Source: Rubrivivax sp.
Lineage (GTDB): Bacteria > Pseudomonadota > Gammaproteobacteria > Burkholderiales > Burkholderiaceae_C
DNA length: 64,000 nt
Direction of reading: 5' to 3'
NCBI GenBank assembly: GCA_021300575.1
Contig: JAJTDM010000011.1
Coordinates: 38,465-102,464, forward strand
Below are positions 1-9,748 of this stretch, piece after piece. How positions within the stretch are numbered: position 1 is the first letter of the stretch; each line of letters opens with the position of its first letter. The position numbers and the translations under genes are program-made. Below the pieces are notes generated by a model that did no database searches, had not been told where the DNA came from, and saw only the letters and a program-made list of their open reading frames with translations.

Positions 1-309
1 GTCGTCCAGCGCCGCCGACTGCTCGATGTCCAGCACGGCCAGACGTTCCAGCACCAGTTGACGCGTCACGCGCAGTGCGCTGCCCAGGTCGTGCCCGCTG
101 GAGCGCAGGCCCTCGACTGTCCGGCGCATCGCCATGGCGTCGGGCAGGCCCGGCTCAAGCCGCTCCAGCAGATCGCCGTAGCGGCGCCGGATGCGCTGGA
201 CGAAGCGGCTGTGGGCGGCCTGGACCCGCGGCTCCATCCTGGCGTGGGGGGGCGAAGCCCCGTCGGCCGCCGGCAGTCGATCTTCGGCCTGCTGGAGAGC
301 GGCGCTCAT
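1..309 (-). CDS. glnE: N-terminal part of a glutamine synthetase adenylyltransferase-like protein (partial, runs off the window start)
   Basis: Minus-strand open frame from ATG at 309 to the window edge. It is absent from the ORF track because there is no stop in the window. Translation: MSAALQQAEDRLP...AHSRFVQRIRRRYGDLLERLEPGLPDAMAMRRTVEGLRSSGHDLGSALRVTRQLVLERLAVLD. It resembles GlnE N-termini from memory, but only 103 codons are visible. Confidence 0.5.
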   Translation of the reverse strand, partial: MSAALQQAEDRLPAADGASPPHARMEPRVQAAHSRFVQRIRRRYGDLLERLEPGLPDAMAMRRTVEGLRSSGHDLGSALRVTRQLVLERLAVLDIEQSAALDD

Positions 310-660
310 GGCTGCCACCGGCCTTTGCGGCGCGCTGAAGTGCTGTTCATCTGTTCCCTCTCCCAGCCTGATGTGCCCCGGAATCGTGGTTCCGTCGCGG
401 GCCGGCTCGCGCATGCTCGAAAGTCCGGCTTTTGCACAGGCGGCCCGCCTTTTTCGGTGTTCGGTCTGGGCGCTGTGGCGTTTTCAAGGCGTTCCTGCTG
501 GCTCCTTGCTCGCAGATGAGCGTACCGGCTTCACGTGGTTGAGCAGGCCAAGGGGCTTTTGGGCTGCGGGTTTCTTGGGGGCTCTTGGCGCCCACCGGAT
601 CGGTTGGCATGGTGGCGCCGACAATGCCGCCCTCGTTCTTGTTGCTGCCTGCCCTCCGCC

Positions 661-1476
661 ATGAAGATCGCCGCCCTGCAGATGGTGTCCACCCCCGACC
701 TCGCGCGCAACCTGGAGGCGGCAGGGCGCCTGATTGCCCAGGCGGCTGACGCAGGTGCGGCGTTGGCTGCATTGCCCGAGTATTTCTGCCTGCTGGGCCG
801 GCGCGACACCGACAAGCTGGCCCTGGCCGAAGTGCCGGGCCAGGGGCCCATCCAGCAGTTCCTGTCGGACGCCGCCTGCCGGCACGGCCTGTGGATCGTG
901 GGCGGCACGCTGCCCATGGCCGTCCCAGGGCGGCCTGACCAGGTGCGCAACACCTGCCTGGTGTTCGGGCCCGAGGGGCAGGAGCAGGCCCGCTACGACA
1001 AGATCCACCTGTTCGCTTTCGACAACGGCCGGGAGCAGTACGACGAGGCCCGGGTGCTGGAGCGCGGCGACGAGCCAGTGGTCTTCACCGCCGCTGGCCA
1101 TCGGGTGGGCTTGAGCGTGTGCTACGACCTGCGCTTTCCCGAGCTGTACCGGGCCCTGGCCTTCGCGCCGGGGCAGCCGTCATGTGACCTGATGTGCGTG
1201 CCGTCCGCCTTCACCTACACGACGGGCCAGGCCCACTGGGAGCTGCTGCTGCGCGCCCGCGCCGTGGAGAACCAGTGCTACGTGATCGCCCCGGCCCAGG
1301 GTGGGACGCACGAGAACGGCCGCCGGACCTGGGGCCACAGCATGATCGTCGGCCCCTGGGGCGAGGTGCTGGCCTGTCGGGACGAAGGCGAGGGGGTGGT
1401 GCTGGCGCAGATGGACGCCGCAAGGCTGGCGCAGGTGCGCCAGCAGTTGCCGGCCTTGGAGCACAGGCGGCTGTAG
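661..1476 (+). CDS. carbon-nitrogen hydrolase (nitrilase superfamily) protein
   Basis: In-frame ATG at 661 (MKIAALQMVSTPD...) inside ORF 535..1476. Family hallmarks: LPEYF, KIHLF and CYDLRFPELY with the catalytic Cys context. Confidence 0.85.
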   Translation: MKIAALQMVSTPDLARNLEAAGRLIAQAADAGAALAALPEYFCLLGRRDTDKLALAEVPGQGPIQQFLSDAACRHGLWIVGGTLPMAVPGRPDQVRNTCLVFGPEGQEQARYDKIHLFAFDNGREQYDEARVLERGDEPVVFTAAGHRVGLSVCYDLRFPELYRALAFAPGQPSCDLMCVPSAFTYTTGQAHWELLLRARAVENQCYVIAPAQGGTHENGRRTWGHSMIVGPWGEVLACRDEGEGVVLAQMDAARLAQVRQQLPALEHRRL

Positions 1477-1723
1477 GCTGGGGCCTGCCCTCGGCACTGA
1501 GTCCTCGGCAGGTGCTCAGAGGTCCGCGCGCGTTGTCGACTCTTGTCCCATGAGGCGTGAGCCTGGAGCCGGGCGCGAGATTCCACGGGGGAATGGACCT
1601 GGCGGTGCCCAGGTTTTCCCGAATTGGCACGCGCATTGCGCCTAGTAGTCTTGAAGACCGCGAAAGCAGCGTGTTTTGCGGCGTCCTGTCAATCCAAGAA
1701 CCGTTTTACTGAGGAGATCACCG

Positions 1724-3007
1724 ATGTTCCTTAACCTTCGTCCCCTGCGAGTGGCCGCCGCCGCAGCGCTGGCCTGCGCAATGACGCTGCCGGCGCTCGC
1801 CCAGCAGAACCTCGAGAAGCTCAAGCAGTTCAAGGTGGCCACCACCGACCTGAACATCCCGACGGTGCCGCAGACTGGCCGCAGGGCTGACTCGATCCGC
1901 GCCAACCTGAAGAACATCAAGATGCCCCCGGGCTTCAAGATCGATCTCTACGCTGTGGTGCCCGATGCCCGGCACATGGCTGTGGCACCCAGCACCAACA
2001 TGCTGTTCGTCAGCACCCGCAAGACCACCGTGTGGGCCGTGACCGACCGCGACAGCGACGGTGCTGCTGATGAGGTCAAGAGCTTTGCGCCCTCGCTGAA
2101 GTTCACCAACCCCAACGGCGTTTGCTGGACCAAGGACGGCTTCCTGATCGTGGTCGAGCACAACCGGGTGCTGAACTTCCCGGCGGCCGAGTTCTTCTAT
2201 GAAGGCCCGGACGTGGCCGTGATCGAGGTGGTGCCCCAGGGCAAGCTGATTCCTGTGGAGGAGGAGAGCTTCAACCACGGCGCCCGTGTCTGCGACGTGG
2301 GTCCGGATGGCAAGCTTTACATCTCGCTGGGCCAGCCCTTCAACGTGCAGCCGCGCGAGAAGGTTGCCGCCTACGACCGCCTGGGCATTGGCGGCATCAT
2401 CCGCATGAACGCCTTTGACGGCAGCGGCCGCGAGGTCTTTGCACGCGGCATCCGCAACTCCGTGGGTCAGGACTTCAATCCTAAGGATGGCTCTTTGTGG
2501 TGGACCGACAACCAGGTCGACGGCATGGGTGACGACATCCCCCCGGGTGAACTGAACCGCTCGACCAAGATGGGCGAGCATTTCGGCTTCCCCTGGACCA
2601 ACGGTGGCGTGCAGATTGCCGGCAGCAGCGCTGCGCCCGACCTGAAGGATCTGCCCGCCCCGGCCGGCATGATCGCGCCCCAGGTGAACTTCCCGGCGCA
2701 CCAGGCGCAACTGGGCATGGCCTTCGCCAGCGGCAACATGTTCCCCGAGAAGTACCGCAACGGCATGTTCGTGGCTTCGCACGGGTCCTGGAACCGCACC
2801 AAGGCCAGCGGTGCGTTGATCAACTTCGTTTCGCTGAAGGCTGACGGCACCGCCGACAAGTCCGAGGTCTTCGCCGAGGGCTGGATGGACGCCAATGGCG
2901 TCTATCGCGGCCGTCCGGTGGACGTGGCGATGATGAAGGATGGCTCGATGCTGATCAGCGACGACTTCGCGGGCGCCATCTACCGCGTGACCTACAGCGC
3001 GCCTTGA
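1724..3007 (+). CDS. PQQ-dependent sugar (sorbosone/glucose) dehydrogenase family protein, secreted
   Basis: GAGGAG RBS at 1711 and ATG at 1724. Signal peptide MFLNLRPLRVAAAAALACAMTLPALA. Beta-propeller-type sequence with the NHGARV and GELNR motifs typical of the soluble PQQ dehydrogenase family. Confidence 0.75.
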   Translation: MFLNLRPLRVAAAAALACAMTLPALAQQNLEKLKQFKVATTDLNIPTVPQTGRRADSIRANLKNIKMPPGFKIDLYAVVPDARHMAVAPSTNMLFVSTRKTTVWAVTDRDSDGAADEVKSFAPSLKFTNPNGVCWTKDGFLIVVEHNRVLNFPAAEFFYEGPDVAVIEVVPQGKLIPVEEESFNHGARVCDVGPDGKLYISLGQPFNVQPREKVAAYDRLGIGGIIRMNAFDGSGREVFARGIRNSVGQDFNPKDGSLWWTDNQVDGMGDDIPPGELNRSTKMGEHFGFPWTNGGVQIAGSSAAPDLKDLPAPAGMIAPQVNFPAHQAQLGMAFASGNMFPEKYRNGMFVASHGSWNRTKASGALINFVSLKADGTADKSEVFAEGWMDANGVYRGRPVDVAMMKDGSMLISDDFAGAIYRVTYSAP

Positions 3008-3113
3008 CGGCGCGTCTAAGCCTTCCTTGAGGGAGGCTTGTGCATGGCCCGGGCGGGCCGGATGACGTGTCCGGTCCGCCCGTTGACTGTCCACCTCTAC
3101 GGATCCTGCGAAG

Positions 3114-3446
3114 ATGTTTCGACCCTTGCATGGCCTGCTGGCGGCCGCTGGCCTGATCGCCTTTTCAGTCACCCCTTCACAGGCGCGGGACGTCGAGGCC
3201 GGACGCGCCAAGTCGCAGATGTGTGGCGTGTGCCATGGCCCCCTGGGCATCTCCACCGCACCCGATGCGCCGCACCTGGCCGGCCAGCCGGCGCTGTACA
3301 CCGCCGCGCAACTCAAGGCTTACCGCAGCGGCGCGCGCAAACACGAAGTGATGGCCGTGATGGCCCGTATGCTCAGTGATGACGACATCTCCAACCTGGC
3401 CGCCTGGTATGCATCTCTCCAAATCGAAGTCCAGCCTCCGCGTTGA
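3114..3446 (+). CDS. class I c-type cytochrome (monoheme)
   Basis: Signal peptide plus a single CGVCHG haem-binding motif. 110 aa, directly downstream of the PQQ dehydrogenase gene. Confidence 0.85.
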   Translation: MFRPLHGLLAAAGLIAFSVTPSQARDVEAGRAKSQMCGVCHGPLGISTAPDAPHLAGQPALYTAAQLKAYRSGARKHEVMAVMARMLSDDDISNLAAWYASLQIEVQPPR

Positions 3447-5652
3447 GCGGTCTGTGGCTCGCACATTCCCGGCGGCGCTGGCCACTCTCACCTCCCTGTC
3501 AGCCCTCTTCAGCGCGCAGGTGCGGGCCCAGGCCCCAGCGCCTGAGCCCGAGCAGGTGGTCATCACAGCCAGCGGCTTGGAGCGGCGCTTGTTCGACACG
3601 CCGTACGCCGTGGGCGTGGTCGATGCACAGGCCCTGCGTGCGGCCGGCCCGATGGTGAACCTGTCAGAGGCGCTGGCGCGCGTGCCGGGGCTGGTGGTGT
3701 CCAACCGTAGCAACTACGCACAAGATCTGCAGATCAACTCCCGCGGCTTTGGCGCGCGGGCCGGCTTTGGCGTGCGCGGGATGCGGCTGTATGCCGACGG
3801 CATCCCGGCCAGCGGCCCGGACGGGCAGGGGCAGGTGTCGCACTTCGACCTCGCCGGCGCGCAGCGCATCGAGGTGCTGCGCGGGCCCTTCACCGCGCTG
3901 TACGGCAGCAGCTCGGGTGGCGTGATCTCGCTGGTGAGCGCGGCGCCCAAGGAGCGGCGCTGGTCGGTGGATGGCGACATCGGCGCTGACGGCATGCGCC
4001 AGATGCGGCTGGGCGTCGAGGCGCCGCTTGAAGGGGGCTTCAGCGTGCGGGCCCAGGTCAGCCGATTCGAGACCGATGGCTTTCGGCCCCAGTCCTCCGC
4101 CACGCGCAGCCTGGGCAACCTGCGCCTGGGCTGGGAGAGCGCGCGCGACCGTGTGGTTGTGGTGGTCAACGCGCTGGACCAGCCCGCCCTGGACCCGCTG
4201 GGCCTGACCCGTGCGCAGTTCCAGCAGGACCCGGACCAGACCACCCCGCAGGCCCTGCCGCAGACGGCCCCTGGCCAGGCCGATCGGTTCAATACCCGCA
4301 AGCTCACGCGCCAGGACCAGGCCGGCCTGAGCTGGCGCCACCGCTTCGATGGCCAGGGCGCTCTGACCGAGGGCCACTTCAGCCTCTACCAGGGGCGCCG
4401 CTCGGTCACCCAGTGGCAGGCCATCCCGGTGAGCACCCAGTTCAACGCCGCCAACCCCGCGCTCACCGAGCGCCAGCCCGGCGGCGTGATCGATTTCGAC
4501 CGCAGCTACTCGGGCGCCGACGCCCGGCTGAACTGGCGCTGGACCCTGCCCGCAGAGCGCGAGATCCGCCTGACCGCAGGCGTCTCGATGGACGACAGCA
4601 ACGAGGACCGTCGCGGGTACGAGAACTTCATTGGCACCGGTGCCGCGCAGCAGCTGGGTGTGACCGGCAAGCTGCGCCGCGACGAACGCAACCGCGCTTC
4701 CACGCGCGATGTGTACGCCCAAGGCGAGATCGACCTGACGCCGGCCTGGACGGCGGTGCTGGGGCTGCGCGACGGCCGGGTGCGGTTCCGCTCCGAAGAC
4801 CGCTACGTCGTGGGCTTGAACGCAGACGACTCCGGTGCCTTGAGCTACGACTACACCAACCCGGTGGCCGCATTGCAATGGCGCGTTGTTCCCGCCTTGC
4901 AGCTGTACCTGAGTGCCGGCCGGGGCTTCGAGTCGCCCACCTTGGGTGAACTGGCCTACCGGCCGGACGGCCAGCCGGGCTTCAACACGGCGCTGAAGGC
5001 GCAGACGAGCCGGCAGGTGGAGGCTGGGGTGAAGTGGCGGCCGGCAGGGGGCGCGGTGGCGCTCGACGCCGCGCTGTTCGAGGCGCGTACCGATGACGAG
5101 ATTGGCATTGCCACCAACCGGGGCGGGCGCTCGACCTTCCGCAATGTCGGACGCACGCAGCGTCAGGGCGGCGAGGTCGATGTGCGCTGGCGCATCGCGC
5201 CGCAGTGGCGCGCTCAGGTCGCCCTCACGGCCTTGGAGGCCACCTACGTGGACGGCTTCTTCGTCTGCCGCAGCCTGCCGTGCCTCAGCCCCGACCTGCC
5301 CGTGCCGGTAGGCAACCGCATCGCCGGCACGCTGGCGCGCTCCGGCTTTGCGGAGGTGGCCTGGCAGCCGCGCCCTGCGGTCGAGATCGGCCTGGAGTTG
5401 AAGGGCCAGGGGCGCTTGCCTGTCAACGATGTCAACAGTGACTTCGCTGGTGGTTTCGGCCTGCTGGCCCTGCGCGCGCAATGGCGCCTGAACCTGGGCG
5501 CGGGGCGGCTGGACCTGCTGGCGCGCGTGGACAACCTGGCCGATCGCCGCGTGGCCGGCAGCGTCATCGTCAACGAGGGCAATTCACGCTTCTTCGAGCC
5601 CGCGCCGGGACGCAGCGGCTTGCTCTCAGCGCGCTGGTCGGCGCCGTTCTGA
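3409..5652 (+). CDS. TonB-dependent outer-membrane receptor
   Basis: Signal peptide ending AQVRAQA. Plug domain (VVITASGLERRLFDTPYAVGVV, IEVLRGPFTALYGSSSGGVISL). Long beta-barrel with a C-terminal aromatic residue (...RWSAPF). The start is uncertain (3376 or 3409) and overlaps the end of the cytochrome gene. Confidence 0.85.
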   Translation: MHLSKSKSSLRVERSVARTFPAALATLTSLSALFSAQVRAQAPAPEPEQVVITASGLERRLFDTPYAVGVVDAQALRAAGPMVNLSEALARVPGLVVSNRSNYAQDLQINSRGFGARAGFGVRGMRLYADGIPASGPDGQGQVSHFDLAGAQRIEVLRGPFTALYGSSSGGVISLVSAAPKERRWSVDGDIGADGMRQMRLGVEAPLEGGFSVRAQVSRFETDGFRPQSSATRSLGNLRLGWESARDRVVVVVNALDQPALDPLGLTRAQFQQDPDQTTPQALPQTAPGQADRFNTRKLTRQDQAGLSWRHRFDGQGALTEGHFSLYQGRRSVTQWQAIPVSTQFNAANPALTERQPGGVIDFDRSYSGADARLNWRWTLPAEREIRLTAGVSMDDSNEDRRGYENFIGTGAAQQLGVTGKLRRDERNRASTRDVYAQGEIDLTPAWTAVLGLRDGRVRFRSEDRYVVGLNADDSGALSYDYTNPVAALQWRVVPALQLYLSAGRGFESPTLGELAYRPDGQPGFNTALKAQTSRQVEAGVKWRPAGGAVALDAALFEARTDDEIGIATNRGGRSTFRNVGRTQRQGGEVDVRWRIAPQWRAQVALTALEATYVDGFFVCRSLPCLSPDLPVPVGNRIAGTLARSGFAEVAWQPRPAVEIGLELKGQGRLPVNDVNSDFAGGFGLLALRAQWRLNLGAGRLDLLARVDNLADRRVAGSVIVNEGNSRFFEPAPGRSGLLSARWSAPF

Positions 5653-5709
5653 CGCGGGGTAGGCCGCGCCGGCGGGTGCAGCGTCCGCGGCCTGCAGGCG
5701 CACGGCGCG

Positions 5710-6123
5710 TCACGCGTTCCAGGGGTTGATCAGACGCACGCCCAGGCCTTCAAAGTCTCGGGTGTTGCGTGTGACCAGGCTCAGATCGTGCTGCAGGGCG
5801 GTGGCGGCAAGCAGGCCGTCGATCACCGGCAAGGTTCGACCGGAAGTGGCTTGCACACAGCCCCAGCGGTCGGCTACCGCCTCATCGATGTCCAGCAGGC
5901 GGCCCACAAAGTAGTGGCGCAACTCCACCTCGAGCCAGTCGGTCAAGGCCTGGCGGAAGGCCGGGTCGGCCACGCCTTCGATGCCTTTGCGAATCTCGCC
6001 CAGGCTCAGGACCGACAAGTACAGCGATTGGCGCGGGCGTGCCTGCATCCAGGTGACGACCTGCGCGTTCGGCTCCCGGCGCCGCAGTTCGGACAGGACG
6101 TTGGTGTCGATCAGGTAGCTCAA
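5710..6123 (-). CDS. vapC: type II toxin, PIN-domain ribonuclease VapC
   Basis: MSYLIDTNVLSELRR N-terminus, 137 aa, with a 4-nt overlap onto the upstream antitoxin gene. Confidence 0.9.
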   Translation of the reverse strand: MSYLIDTNVLSELRRREPNAQVVTWMQARPRQSLYLSVLSLGEIRKGIEGVADPAFRQALTDWLEVELRHYFVGRLLDIDEAVADRWGCVQATSGRTLPVIDGLLAATALQHDLSLVTRNTRDFEGLGVRLINPWNA

Positions 6124-6380
6124 AACCTGAGCTCTCGCGGCAGACTGCCCGGGCCGCGGTCACGCTCCAGATCGACGTCCTCGCGCCCCGCCAGCGGAGA
6201 GGCGCGCATGAAATCCACCAAGGACTGTTCATTGCCCGAGAGTTGATCAAACAACTTGCGAGACACCACCACCGCCACGGACTGCCCGTGCAGCGTGATC
6301 TCCTGTGGCCCCTCTTGCGCCGCGTGCTTGACCAGTTCGGAAAACCGCGCCTTGGCCGTTTGCATTTGCCAACTTTGCAT
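6120..6380 (-). CDS. type II antitoxin (Phd/YefM-like) partner of VapC
   Basis: Internal start MQSWQMQTAKARFSELV... gives an 86-aa protein. The N-terminus is typical of Phd/YefM-type antitoxins, and the gene overlaps the vapC start by 4 nt. Confidence 0.8.
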   Translation of the reverse strand: MQSWQMQTAKARFSELVKHAAQEGPQEITLHGQSVAVVVSRKLFDQLSGNEQSLVDFMRASPLAGREDVDLERDRGPGSLPRELRF

Positions 6381-6487
6381 GACGAACCCTTCGGACCGGA
6401 TAAGACTGACCTGACAGGTCTGAATTGTACCCGTCCGGTGCTGAATCAATCAGCGTCAATCCATCAGCCCTTACCTCGGCGAATACC

Positions 6488-7687
6488 TCAGCGCCGCCCG
6501 AACATCATCTGTCGCGCCAGCACGCGTTGCAGCGGCGGGATGGCCTGCAGCAGGCCCAGGCCCAGGCCGCGTGCCGCCGCCACGCCGGGCCAGCGCCAGG
6601 TGAAGCTGCGGGCCAGGAAGTCGGTGGTGGCGATGGTGCTCCAGCGGTCGGGCGCGCGTTGCCATTCCACCTGCCGCAGGGCGCGGTCCACGTCAGGCTC
6701 GAAGCGCAGCGCCTGCACCAGGGAGAAGGCATCGCGCAACCCCAGGTTCAGCCCTTGGCCGGCCACGGGGTGCAGGGTCTGCGCGGCATTGCCGATGCGC
6801 ACCAGGCGCCCCGACACCAGGCTGCGTTCGGCGTTCAGCCCGAGGGCGAAGCGTTTGAGCGGGCTGAGCGCCACCACGCGACCGGCCGGGGCGGGCAGCA
6901 AGGTGTTGAGCACGGCGATGCGCTGGAGTTCATCCAGTGGCTCCACCGGGTCGTCATCGGTGCAGGTGCACCACACCAGCGCCGCGCGCAGCCGGCCTGC
7001 ACTTTCAGAGCCCAGCGGCAGCAAGGCCACCGGGCCCCGGCGCGTGAAGCGCTCGAAGGCGGTGCCTGCCTGGCCGCCTTCCAGTGTGGCGGTGCCCACC
7101 CAGGCCGTCTGGCGGTAGTCATGTGACAGGGCCTTGCGCGCCTGGTCGGCAAACACGCCGCCTTCGGCGACCACGGCGAGGTCAAAAGTCTCGGCAATGC
7201 CGGCATCGACTTCCACGCCTTGGGCCGGCGAGCCCTCAGAGCCCCAGGACTTGAGGCCGCTGACGGCCGTGCCGAAGCGTGACTGCAAGCGCCCCCTTGA
7301 GGCGGCCTCCTGGGCGCACCACGCGGCCTGCAAGGCGCTGACCAGCGGCCCGTAGGCGATCACGGCGCCCAGCAGGGGCACCTTCAGGTCGCGGGCCTGC
7401 AGCCTTACCTCACCGCCGTCCACGGAAGGCGCCACCTGCGACACATGCACCGCCTCGATGGGCGTGGCCTGCGCGGCGGGCCAGCACTGCAGGCGCTGCA
7501 GCAACTGCACGCTGCCCAGCGCCAGGGCCAGGGTGCGAGGGTCGGCCGAGACATCCCGGTCCACGGGTCGCGCGTCGAACAGCGCAATGCGCGCCCGGGG
7601 CAGCGTGCGCGCGGCGTGCAGGCCCAGCGCCAGCCCCACAGGGCCGGCGCCGATGACGGCAATGCGCAGTTCAGGCGTCGGGTTCAT
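6488..7687 (-). CDS. FAD-dependent monooxygenase, UbiH/UbiF/VisC family
   Basis: Start at [22 protein letters not shown] (Rossmann GxGxxG). Downstream motifs [21 protein letters not shown] are typical of ubiquinone-biosynthesis hydroxylases. Confidence 0.8.
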   Translation of the reverse strand: MNPTPELRIAVIGAGPVGLALGLHAARTLPRARIALFDARPVDRDVSADPRTLALALGSVQLLQRLQCWPAAQATPIEAVHVSQVAPSVDGGEVRLQARDLKVPLLGAVIAYGPLVSALQAAWCAQEAASRGRLQSRFGTAVSGLKSWGSEGSPAQGVEVDAGIAETFDLAVVAEGGVFADQARKALSHDYRQTAWVGTATLEGGQAGTAFERFTRRGPVALLPLGSESAGRLRAALVWCTCTDDDPVEPLDELQRIAVLNTLLPAPAGRVVALSPLKRFALGLNAERSLVSGRLVRIGNAAQTLHPVAGQGLNLGLRDAFSLVQALRFEPDVDRALRQVEWQRAPDRWSTIATTDFLARSFTWRWPGVAAARGLGLGLLQAIPPLQRVLARQMMFGRR

Positions 7688-7773
7688 GCAGGCCGGACGA
7701 TAACCGAGGCCGCGCAGCGCGGCCGGCGATGCGCTACGCTGGTCTGGTACATCAACTTCTGCAGCCACCGAAC

Positions 7774-8754
7774 ATGCAATACCGCCGTCTGGGCCGTGCC
7801 GGCCTGCGCGTCAGCGCGCTGTCCCTGGGTTCCTGGGTCACGTATCACAACCAGGTGGGAGCCGACTCGGCCGTGGAGATGATGGCCGCAGCGTTTGACG
7901 GCGGCATCAACTTCTTCGACAACGCCGAGGGCTACGCCGGCGGGCGCAGCGAGGAGATCATGGGCCAGGCCCTCAAGCGCCTGGGTTGGCCGCGTTTGAA
8001 CTACGTGGTCTCCACCAAGTTCTTCTGGGGGCTGGACCGCGCCGGCGAAGCCGTCAACCGCCGCGACACGCTCAACCGCAAGTACCTGATGCAGGCCATC
8101 GACGGCTCGCTCAAGCGCTTCGGCCTGGAGCATGTGGACCTGGTCTACTGCCACCGCCCCGACCCGCACACGCCCATCGAGGAGACGGTGTGGGCCATGA
8201 GCGACATGATCCGGCAGGGCAAGGCGCTGTACTGGGGCACGAGCGAGTGGAGCGCGGGCGACATCCGCGCTGCCTGGGAGATCGCCGAGCGCCACCACCT
8301 GCACAAGCCGGTGGTGGAGCAGCCCCAGTACCACCTGTTCCACCGCAAGCGGGTGGAACAGGAGTACGCGCGCTTGTACGACGACATCGGCCTGGGCCTG
8401 ACCACCTGGAGCCCGCTGGCTTCCGGGTTGCTGACCGGCAAGTACCGCGACGGCGTGCCCCCGGGCAGCCGCGCCACGGTGGAGAACTACACCTTCTTGC
8501 GCGAGGGCCTGACGCACCCGGCGCGCAACGCGGCGGTGGCCCGGCTGTCGGAGGTGGCCGCTGAGATGGGCGTCACCACGGCCCAGCTGGCCATCGGCTG
8601 GGCGGCGCGCAACCCGCGCGTGAGCAGCGTCATCACGGGCGCCTCGAGCGTCGACCAGTTGCGCTCCAACCTGGGTGCGCTGGACGCTTGCACGCGCCTC
8701 ACCCCCGAGTTGCTGGCGCGCATCGACGAGATCACAGCGGGGCTGGCCGACTGA
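7774..8754 (+). CDS. aldo/keto reductase (Kv-beta-like subgroup)
   Basis: [21 protein letters not shown] start. Family blocks [19 protein letters not shown] and YWGTSEWS. Confidence 0.9.
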   Translation: MQYRRLGRAGLRVSALSLGSWVTYHNQVGADSAVEMMAAAFDGGINFFDNAEGYAGGRSEEIMGQALKRLGWPRLNYVVSTKFFWGLDRAGEAVNRRDTLNRKYLMQAIDGSLKRFGLEHVDLVYCHRPDPHTPIEETVWAMSDMIRQGKALYWGTSEWSAGDIRAAWEIAERHHLHKPVVEQPQYHLFHRKRVEQEYARLYDDIGLGLTTWSPLASGLLTGKYRDGVPPGSRATVENYTFLREGLTHPARNAAVARLSEVAAEMGVTTAQLAIGWAARNPRVSSVITGASSVDQLRSNLGALDACTRLTPELLARIDEITAGLAD

Positions 8755-8840
8755 TCGGCGCAGTGGCGTAATCTCGTCCGTCCTCTGCCCGTGCGAGGGC
8801 AACGGAGATTCTTGGACCGGCCTGTTGTCTTCCTGAGCGT

Positions 8841-9530
8841 TCAGCCTGCTTGCAAGCTGGCCAATCGTTCGGTCGTTCCCACATCGGTCCAGGCGCCACC
8901 CCAGCGGCTGCCGCCCAGGCGGCGCTGCGCGATCGCGGATTCCAGCAGCGGGCGCAGCGGCAGGCGCTGCCCCACCGGCACGTGCTCGAACATCGCGTGG
9001 TGGAACAAGCCCACGCTGGCCCAGGTCAGGCGTGGGCCGTCGGCGTCGCTGCCCAGCAGACCGTCTTCGCGCAGGTTGAAGTCGCCGCGCGGGTGGTGGG
9101 GCGCGTTGGGCACCATCCACAGGTGAGCGAGGTGCGCACCGTCGATCACCGCTTGGGCCGGCGTGGGGTCGAAGTTGAAGCCGGGCAGAAAAACATCGCC
9201 CGAGACCACCCAGAAGGCCTCGCCCAGCAGTGGCAGCGCCTTGGCGATGCCGCCCGCGGTCTCCAGCGCGCCGCCATGGTCGCGGCCCTCGCGGGACCAG
9301 TGCAGCCGCACCCCCCAGCGCGCGCCGTCGCCCAGCGCGGGTTCGAACTGCTCTTCCAGCCAGGCGGTGTTGACCACCACCTCGCGCACCCCGGCGGCCG
9401 CCAGGGCCTGCAGGTGCCACTCGATCAGCCGCTGGCCGCGCACGCGCAACAGGGGCTTGGGGGTGTGGTCGGTGAGCGGGCGCATCCGCTCGCCCCGACC
9501 GGCAGCCAGGATCAGGGCGTGGCGGATCAT
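8841..9530 (-). CDS. sugar-phosphate nucleotidyltransferase (MurU-like)
   Basis: N-terminal LILAAGRGERMRPLTDHTPKPLL nucleotidyltransferase signature; 229 aa. Confidence 0.7.
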   Translation of the reverse strand: MIRHALILAAGRGERMRPLTDHTPKPLLRVRGQRLIEWHLQALAAAGVREVVVNTAWLEEQFEPALGDGARWGVRLHWSREGRDHGGALETAGGIAKALPLLGEAFWVVSGDVFLPGFNFDPTPAQAVIDGAHLAHLWMVPNAPHHPRGDFNLREDGLLGSDADGPRLTWASVGLFHHAMFEHVPVGQRLPLRPLLESAIAQRRLGGSRWGGAWTDVGTTERLASLQAG

Positions 9531-9748
9531 GGCCGGCGAGTGTAGGGGCCCGTCTCGGAGCCTGCCGGGATCCGCCGGGGGCTGAAGGCGGCTGGGCCGT
9601 GCAGGGTTGCGTCAGGGTCGGCAGATAAACTTTGGGTGCTTTTCAGGGAGTTTCGGTGTCTGCGCCGAAGTCCGCCCGGCGTCCGCTTCTGCGGCCAGCG
9701 GGTGCGGGTGACTCTCCCTGCCCTTGACCCCTCTTGCCTTCCCCGCTC

